Shown in pieces: positions 51,338 through 60,400 of a stretch of DNA of 64,000 nt. The notes beneath the pieces are model-generated. The model was not told the origin of the DNA. It made no database searches and saw nothing but the letters and a program-made list of their open reading frames with translations. This DNA comes from Nemertoderma westbladi (Eukaryota; Animalia; Xenacoelomorpha), in NCBI GenBank assembly GCA_032718475.1, contig JAUCBJ010009109.1, forward strand, positions 1 through 64,000, written 5' to 3'. The position numbers and the translations under genes were made by a program. How positions within the stretch are numbered: the stretch's first letter is position 1; every line of letters starts with the position of its first letter.

Positions 51338-54300
51338 TGTTACGGTATATGGCGCTGTATCCATAATATTAGTCATCATGCAGTATGCAATATTAGTCCG
51401 TTATGCAGTATGCAATATTAGTCCGTTATACTGTACGTAATATTAGTCCGTTGTGCAGCATGATATTTTAGATAAGGCATAACGCAGTGGTATTTAGGTA
51501 GGGAAATCAAAACGCCCATATATTCGAAACCATCCATTTTGTATAGTATGTAGCCCTACCTACGTAATTTTGTATTAGGTTATATGTAGATAGTTCCAGG
51601 GTAAGTTTATTCGGACCCTGGATTCAGTGCTTGCTGATATTAGTTTTAGTAGGGCTAGCATATAGGGACACTGTCCTGGCCATTCAGCAGCCAGAGACGT
51701 GAACCATTACCATATATGGTAATAATTCGAGGAAGGGGAGCAAATAGGGCTACAATCCGGCCTCCTTATTGGACTAGCTGCTTCCAGGTTGGTCTAGTAC
51801 TAGCACGGACTGGAGAGCCAATAAGAAGGCGATTGAGTCACCCTATTGCATCACCCCATCCGGATCACCTATAAATTGGCGGTGTGCCGGTAAGGCCTCA
51901 TCTATCCACTCATCACATGACACCTAGCCCTAGCGCCTGTCTTGCTGTTTTTTCTTGATATTTTTCTGCATTTTGCTAATTTGATTAATTTTCGTGAAAT
52001 GATTTGCTAGTGCGATTACTTGCTTGTGTTTCTCAATAATTCCTTTGATTGCTGCTAATTACAATTAAACTATGATTTCTACCTTTGATTAATGGTTCTA
52101 TGTGATTCTTTCTGCGCAATAATCCTAAGGGATTCTGAGACTGTCAGACTTTGTGATTTGCATGCGCCGCTACGGTAGCTATTAGCATCATGGAGAGCTA
52201 AGGCGCCAGTGGGCGGTGGGCGCATCGGGGGGTTGAGCGACTAGGAGAGAGCGGAGGATTCAAAGCGAGCAACGCTGGCCAGGGTCACCGTTGCGGGCGG
52301 GTAACTTGCACTGCGACACGCAGACCGATCGCCGGTACAGCAAATTAGGGGGCTGATGATCCAGATTTTGTCTCTATTTAGTATTAGGGGGGCAGGAATT
52401 GGGTTAGTTAGGAGTCCTAGATGTACCTGGGAGAGGCCTGCGCGTATTACAACGTTGAGTGTGGAGTACGAGTAGTGAATTGCACAATTGTAAACTGTGA
52501 TTTCTAACGCTGATTGGTGTGTTATTGAAGTGTGCCTAAGATTACGAATGCTTAGATAGGCGCTCTTTTCCTTTGATTGATTTCTATTTCTTAGTTACAA
52601 TAATTAGTTATTGATTAGGTCAAAGTAATACGGCAAATTAGGCTATTACTATCGAAACCTGTTGCGTGATAAATTAGAATTACGTATTCTGGAACTCTTA
52701 GTAATTAGTACGCTGTTAAATATTTGTGACTGTAATTAATTAGTAAAAAATTAAGAATTAGTACGCAGCATAGCGGAGAGTAGCTAAGGTAATAATTAGT
52801 GTACTGTAAACTATTCACGCTGAGCGGTTATTTGTATTAGCGGGCAATCAGCTAGAACGCACTATTCGGTACGCACGATACGCTAGTAATTTTGCTGGCC
52901 TAAAGCCAGTTGCGGGCAGTTTTAGACCCGGGGTGGTATTATCCACGTAGAAACAGATACTGTACCATTTTGATATTTTAAATATTCTCGCATTCACACA
53001 TTACGTTAGGGAACCTCCAGTATTCGCGATCAGAAAGACGTAGGTAATAGCGTGCTTTAATAAGTGATAGAATCAGGCGTAAGAATACTCTGAGTGCAAG
53101 GCCTCTCGCACTCGTCTTAAGTAAGCTTAGGGAGCCGACTCAGGTTTATTGTTTTGGTTATTCCTGCGTGGCTCATAGATTCGAACAGTTAGCTCTCTAT
53201 CGAGCAATCGGTAGAGAAAGGAACAAGCGATTTTGCAGGAGTTGTGTAAAATTAGTAAATTATATTAGTGGACGGCAGATTAGCGCCATCTAACGGTAAG
53301 TAGCGGTTTTGTATTTAGCAACCCTTACAATTTAGTAATATCACGCTCCTGATCCCCTTTACTTAACAGTAGAGCAGTCTTTGTGTCTTATTGGTTAGAC
53401 GAGAACTTATTAGGTTGGCAGAGAAGTATACCAGTATTTGTCTGTTCAACAGTTCTGCTGTTAGTATAGAGGTCGCGGTTGTTTATCAGTAATACGCGCA
53501 TTATTGGCTGTAGGCCGTAGCGTACAGTCAATATAGTATTCTTAGGCTGATAGAGTATCATAGTATTAGGCAATAAATTGGAGCACGTGATCGTCTGCTG
53601 TAGGCTATAGGCTAGCGTACAGTAAGACATTGAGTTTATTCTATTAGGTTGTTAGTTTAGATTACTGTATTCACTGGCTGCGTACGATAGTACAGTAGTA
53701 CATTAGGCTGATTGCTGTTACTGCGTATGGTAGAAGGACATTTGTTTGCCGTACCACACACAGTATCATTAGGCTGTTAGGTTGGTGTACTGTTTTACTT
53801 ACTGTACTGCATACAGTGGACGTACGGTAGTGCGTTTTGCTAATTGCGAATACAGCAGTTCCTTAGGCCTTAGGGCAAACAGTAATTAGTAAGTTTTTGA
53901 AAATTATTAGCTAGGTTTGCGAGAATTCAGTTTTCGGTCAAAATTATTTTGTAAAATTCTAGAGTTTTGTACCGGTATGTTAGGTAACCGCTTAGTTATT
54001 TTATATCATCTGGAGATACATGGCAAGACGGAACTTCTGAGTTTGGGGTTCGTGTGGGTCTGCGGGTTCGGTTTGCAATCAGCGAAGGATCTGAATCTTT
54101 GGACGCGGACGTGGAATCTCACAGCAAACAAGGTTAGTTGTTCTGTTGGCACCAGTGTGTTTGTGGAAGCAGTAAAAAATTATCGGTTGTTTAACTGCGA
54201 AGCTGAACTCAATTTATTAGTTAGGATATTTAGGTTTAGCCGGCCATGGTTTTTTGAATCGCTCAAGTTAGAGAGAGAGTTAGAGAGAGTCGCAACCCGA

Positions 54301-54681
54301 AGATGTAGCCACGCGCTAGTGGATACATAATAATATTTGAAATTAAAATTACGTTGATTAGAGCTATATATATATAAAATTAGAAATATTCGGGCGGCAA
54401 GTATATTTTGAATATTTTGTATTAGATTCAAAGTTATTTTGTGCTATACCGGTATTTAATGCTATATAGTAGCTATATAATAATATTTTTTGTTTAAATA
54501 TTGTGCTAGTATTTGCTATAACTATATACCCCATTAAATTCACAATATTGCATTGCGAATTTATTTTGACATTTGGACCAACTGATTATTTGACAATTAA
54601 TTTGACCGTATTTCGGTTAAATTATAATTATATCTCGAATTTTGCGAGATATTTTTGCCGGAAGGCAAATATTATTAGACT

Positions 54682-57492
54682 ATGAGTGTCTCAGACAAGG
54701 AGGCACTAGAGGACAGCTACGAGACGGCGGCTGGACCGCCGACTGACGATAGCGTAAATATTACTGTTGACGACAATGCCGACTATGACGACGCAGCGAG
54801 CGACGCTGACGTAAGTGAACAGGAGGACGAGACAGTGACTAGTGAGGAAGAACAACAACCTCAGGTAATAGTATTAGGATCCCCTACCGCTACTGTAAGG
54901 AAGGATTGTACAGCAACCCGGACAGAGGTGAGTGATAGGGAGGGTAGTGTAGCAGAAGCGAGAGCCCGGAGCCCGGTTTCCAGACCTGTGGGTATGGTAA
55001 GTGCCGTGGTCCCGACGGCTGTAAGGAGTACCCGTAGTTCCCGAAATAATCCTTCAAGTCCACCGAGCGTAAGTCAGGTAAGTGATAGAGAACTTGACAT
55101 TGCGATAAAGAAGAAACTTCGCGCGCACGCCGGACATATAACCCGGACGGCGGACAAGGTAAGGAAGATGTTAGCTGACTCAGCGAACATCGGGAGGGTA
55201 GAGTTAGTAGAGATTAGAAGAGGATATAACTCAGCATTATTCAAGCAGACGGAGGAGCTTGCAGTCCTAGCGAAGAAGGCAGTAGAGTCTCAGTCGAGCG
55301 ACGTGGCGACGAGGATTTACGACAGGGTTTTAGCAGCCTTGTTGGAGCACCGCGAGTTATCGGAGCGATTCCGACGAGTTAGGACGGAGAACTGGCTGCT
55401 ATGGGCATCACAAGCGCAAGCGACTCAGGTGAGTGACGCAGAGTTGAGAGACTTAGTGGAGCGAGAAGAGACGCAGGATAAGGAGGAGCGCAGGTATCAA
55501 AGGGAAGTTACTAGCTGGCTGATGCAGAATGGAGTGGTGGTACCAGGCCAGGTGCTACCGACTACGGAGAACATCCAACAGAGGACGTTAACTCCACCCG
55601 ACGATGCATCTAGAGACAGCGGCGATTCCCAGGTTAGTCACGCGCGAGGTAAGGTAATATGTGCTAGATCCCTTGTTTCTCACAACTCGGCGGAGGAGAG
55701 AAGACGCCGACTAGACGAACAGCAGGCGGAAGTTTTGCGTGCACAAGAAGCACGGAAGGAGGCTGAGCGGGAACGGGAGCGCACACGTAAGTTGGACGCA
55801 GAGTTACGAGAGTTGGAAGAGATAAGTAAGCGCGAGCGAGCGGAACGCGAGCAAAGGGAACGTGAACTTCAAGCCGAGCGCGAGCGCGAGGAACTCGAAT
55901 GCGAACAGAGAGAACGCGAACTCCAACTCGAATGCGAACGGGAAGCGAAGAAACGCGAACTCCAACTTGAATGCGAACGGGAAGCGAAGAAACGCGAACT
56001 CCAACTCGAACGCGAACAGGAAGCGAAGAAACGCGAACTCCAAGCCGAACGCGAGCGCAAGAAACTCGATCGTGAACAGAAGGAGCGCGAGCTTCAACTC
56101 GAACGCGGACGCAAGGAACGCGAACTCGAGATCGAGAAAAGAAGACGCGCATTGTATGAAGAAAGGTCGCGAGTGGAAGAAGAGGGCGCAGCGAGACGAG
56201 CGAGGGAAGAAGAAGAACGTAAACTGGCGCAGTTGGAAAGTGCGAGATTAAGTTTAGAGAGCGAAGAACGGACTAAGAAGGCGAACGAAATCGCCGAGAA
56301 GGGGATGCGAATGCTCGAAGAATGTGGGGCGAGTGTAGGGACTGAGTTGCGAGAACTGTTCGCACTGCAGAAGGCCGAACAGGAAGCGAGAACTCCGGCT
56401 ATACGCGAGTCGACGACGACCAGAATTCCTATACCCGGTCCAGCTATTACGAGTACACGGATCGTTAAACCATTCTCTACATATCGCACGCCAGTTGGTA
56501 TTAGTGCTTCACCCATCGCCCAGGATCTACGTCATCGGAACACCGCGCCACTGTATATGGAACGTGACAACGGAGAATTTAGAGAAGAAACTTCGACGGG
56601 CCGAGTATTTGGCGAACCGAACCCGCGGGTTTGGAATACGCGGACGGAGCGCCGACCCAGTTCGACGGAGAACTTCCGGGTTAAACCGGAAGAGGGATCA
56701 TATGAGAGACAGCGGATTACTCAGATAGAGCCGACTATACAACAGAACCCTAGCCAGGAATTTATTACGAGGGATGAGTTAAGTGCTAGTTTAGCGCAAG
56801 CTATATCGCCGCACATCCAACCTATAACGGACATGCTTAGCAACCTACGGTTAAAGGAAGCAGCCCAGGTAAGAAGTAATTATAATCCTAGCAGGCCTGA
56901 GTTAGATAAAGTCCAGCCTAGTCAACGAGTACGCATATCGGAGGAGACTATACCACATAGACCTCAGGTAAGGACGCCTGTCCCGAATATCTCTAATCCC
57001 AATTTCGAAAATTCGGCAGAAAGATTTATTCAGGATGCTTGGGTCAGGGCCTCGGCGCGCAAACCATCGCGAGCGCTAAGGACTGACACCGAGTCAAGCG
57101 ATGAAGAGGAAGACATGAGACGTCAGAAGTCCCGAAACTATAAGGAAAGAAGGACCGACGCGGAGCAGGTAAGTTGGAACCACCGGGAAAGGACCAGACT
57201 TAATAACCCTGCAGAACTAAACCATTTGTTAACCCGGAATGACGCAACCCTTAGGGACATAGGTAAGTTTGCTGCTAGGCAAGGACTGCCGACGCAACAA
57301 CCCCAGAAGTTTATGGGCAACCACAAACATTGGAGGACCTTCAAAACCTATGTCGACGAGCAGCTAACCAACAGCACCTTTACTCCCAACGAGAAGTTCA
57401 ACTATTTGCTTCAGATGCTCCATCGAGAACCTAGAGCCATTGCTGATAACTTCGTCGGCAAGAGCATTCGAGTTAGCGATGAAGACACTTAG
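54682..57492 (+). CDS. gag: BEL/Pao Gag N-terminal part (acidic N-terminus, long coiled coil, start of DUF1759-like domain), ends at frameshift
   Basis: 936-aa ORF; PQKFMGNHKHWRTFK...EKFNYLLQML is typical of BEL gag; 13-aa RELQLECEREAKK repeats. Confidence 0.85.
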   Translation: MSVSDKEALEDSYETAAGPPTDDSVNITVDDNADYDDAASDADVSEQEDETVTSEEEQQPQVIVLGSPTATVRKDCTATRTEVSDREGSVAEARARSPVSRPVGMVSAVVPTAVRSTRSSRNNPSSPPSVSQVSDRELDIAIKKKLRAHAGHITRTADKVRKMLADSANIGRVELVEIRRGYNSALFKQTEELAVLAKKAVESQSSDVATRIYDRVLAALLEHRELSERFRRVRTENWLLWASQAQATQVSDAELRDLVEREETQDKEERRYQREVTSWLMQNGVVVPGQVLPTTENIQQRTLTPPDDASRDSGDSQVSHARGKVICARSLVSHNSAEERRRRLDEQQAEVLRAQEARKEAERERERTRKLDAELRELEEISKRERAEREQRERELQAEREREELECEQRERELQLECEREAKKRELQLECEREAKKRELQLEREQEAKKRELQAERERKKLDREQKERELQLERGRKERELEIEKRRRALYEERSRVEEEGAARRAREEEERKLAQLESARLSLESEERTKKANEIAEKGMRMLEECGASVGTELRELFALQKAEQEARTPAIRESTTTRIPIPGPAITSTRIVKPFSTYRTPVGISASPIAQDLRHRNTAPLYMERDNGEFREETSTGRVFGEPNPRVWNTRTERRPSSTENFRVKPEEGSYERQRITQIEPTIQQNPSQEFITRDELSASLAQAISPHIQPITDMLSNLRLKEAAQVRSNYNPSRPELDKVQPSQRVRISEETIPHRPQVRTPVPNISNPNFENSAERFIQDAWVRASARKPSRALRTDTESSDEEEDMRRQKSRNYKERRTDAEQVSWNHRERTRLNNPAELNHLLTRNDATLRDIGKFAARQGLPTQQPQKFMGNHKHWRTFKTYVDEQLTNSTFTPNEKFNYLLQMLHREPRAIADNFVGKSIRVSDEDT

Positions 57493-60400
57493 TGACATCT
57501 ACGGGAATAAAACCAAGATGGCGCAGTCGATAGTAGAAGACTTGGGTAAGGGCGGAAGGATTACAACTCCGTTAGAGCTGTTGAACTTAGCGAACGCTAT
57601 TTCGAACGCATTGGACATCTTGAGGACGGTGAATCTACCTCATCATGGTGATCACGCCGAAGTTTTGAAAAGCGTAATAAGACGTTTAAACATGCGTTAT
57701 CGACAGAAATGGCGTAAATTAGAGAATAAGTTGGAGGGCCAAGGTAAAGTATTGACACTTCAGCATATTCATGACATGATAGCCACAGACGCAGTAGCAG
57801 AGATGAAATCAAACTTCTCAGAAGAGAATATGAGGGAGTCTAAACCTGTTACCGGTAAGTCTATGGTAAGTTTTGACGATGACAGGACCACTGTGACATT
57901 TAACTCAGTAGACAGATATAATTCGAATACCCCAGCCTTTAGATCAGACTCGCGAGTATGGTCAGGTGAGCGGTTAGATAGACCTAGGTTAAAGCAACAG
58001 GAGTTGCCGGATGGATTTGTAGGTTGCCAATACTGTTTACTAAAGGAGGTAAGATCTGACGACCATAAGTTAGATAGTTGCAGACGGTTCAAAGAATTAA
58101 ATTCGGAACAGAGAAGAGTTCAAGTGCGGACGTTGGACACCTGTTGGGCATGTCTTGCGCCAGGCCATGTACGGCGGCAGTGCCCGAACAGCAAGGACGG
58201 ATGCATGGAATGCGGCAGACTACATCACAAGTTGCTACATGCGGATTTCCACACCCCAACGGACCGTTACTTACAGCGAAATCCTCACAGGAAGGGGAGC
58301 AAAGAACCCGTATCGATAAGGAGAAATACGTATACCGGCATCCGGGACGATGGTTACCAACCAGGTTCGTCGGACGAGGATGGCGAGTCGAGCGCGAGAG
58401 AAGTGACCTGCCAAGGTTTCACCGCGGATAGTTCATCGACCAGCGCGCGGACGTATTTATCATCGGCCACGTCGGAAATATTTAGCGTAATTCCGGTGAA
58501 ACTCACTGGCGATAAGGGATCGAAACGAATATATGTGATGTTGGACACTGCGTCCACATTATCCTATATCGACGAGGAAGTGGCGAGAGCCGTTTCTAGC
58601 TTCCAGGACGCCGAGGAGATCCAAATAGAGTTGAAGTCTATGCATGGGGTAGGTGACCTCAAGGGACACAGAATTTCGGTGGAACTAGATTCCCTACTTC
58701 CGAGAGACCAACACACTCGACAAGAACGAAAAGCTTTGCCATTGGACGGATTTAAGTGTCTAGCTATGAAGGGATTCGGCAGGCAGTTAGGTAAGGTGCC
58801 GCCGATGAGTCCCATAGCACAGGAGTATTTTGACAAGCTCAGGATACCCAGACACCAGGTAGGTTATAGGAATGTTTCTATGTTGATTGGTGCAGAACAG
58901 CTGATCGCACACCAGATATGGGAAACGAGACCAGCTGAACCGCATGTCAATGGACCACATGCCCATAGGACCATACTAGGTTGGTATACAAGAGTACCCA
59001 TGTCTTATGAGTTTACAGGTGGCGACAAGCCAATGAACAGATACGACGAATTACAGCCTATAACTCAACCACCGTTAGTAGAACCACCAGACATAGACGA
59101 GTTTAGGAGAACCTGTATTGACCACTATAGTGACTTTAGCGAGTCGGACGAGGAGTTGATTCCCGATAATGTTAGGTTGTCGGAACCACTTCACAATGAC
59201 CGGACAGATAGTGAACCCGAGGACTACTGTTATCAGACCCGTGGGTCTGGTTCAGCGGCCCACGCTACCTATTTGACTAACGTTTTGACTTATACAGACA
59301 TAGTGGAGGGTCAAGTGGCTAAATATCGAGACCTAGACATTTTCCAGTACAGTGAGGAGGAATTACAGAAGGAATTGATACGCCAGGACCTCGAGACAGG
59401 AGCCAGAACCGCCGAATGGCTGGATAGGGACGCAATGGAACCCGGTGGATATGACCTAGCCATGTCTACTGATGAGAAACGGTCGCTGGAGATGATGGAA
59501 GATACCATACGTCTACTACCGACTGGACATTTTGAAGTTGGAATGTTGTGGCGTCGACAACCACCTAAGTTGGAGAACAACTACAACTTAGCCTTGAAAA
59601 GATTGAACGGAGTAAGGGCTCGGTTGTTGAGGAATCCAGGCATTAGGGAGAAGTATTGCGCCCAGATCAACAACTATTTTGCCAAGGGATTTGCTGGGAA
59701 GGTAGAGGACCCTGACTTAGTGACAGACCAGACTTATTACCTTCCACACCACTATGTGACTCACCCTGACAAGCCAGACAAAGTCCGAGTAGTCAACGAC
59801 TGCGCAGCAGTCTATAGAGGTATGTCCCTGAATTCAGAGTTGATGGATGGTCCCAACCTGAACAATTATTTGATTGGAATACTGTTGCGTTTTAGACAGC
59901 GGCGATTCGCATTTACTTGTGACATCGAGGCGATGTTCCACCAGGTAAGAGCCTGTAAGGCAGACCAGGATAGCCTTCGCTTTCTCTGGTATGAGAACGA
60001 AGACTTATCCGGCCCAGTGGTTACATACCAGATGTACGTTAGGATATTTGGCGCCCGCGATAGTCCAAACGGCACGCTGTTTGTTCTAAAGAAAACGGCA
60101 ACAGCCCAGATTGGTAAGTACCCAGTAGAGGTTATCGAGTCCATCTTGAGAAACTTCTACATGGACGACGGATTGGTGTCCAAGGACACGGCGGAACAAG
60201 CCATAGAAGTGGCTCACTGCCTGCAAGAGTGCTTGGCTACAGGGGGATTTCCTCTAACCAAGTTCACTACTAATTCGGAGGCCCTATTAGAGTCGTTCCC
60301 GGTAAAAGATCGCGGGAGCGGAGACATAGAATTGGGGGTAGAACCAATCCCCATGGCGCGAGTACTGGGACTCGCTTGGAACCCGAACTCAGATAAGTTC

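Noticed and set aside
33078-51379. Giant - strand ORFs (up to 2883 aa; YLSLPYYW and VFGVYCCNNLYYYG repeats)
   Set aside because: These are translations of the 25- and 48-bp satellites in several frames, with unconstrained frameshifts, inside a MAGI intron.
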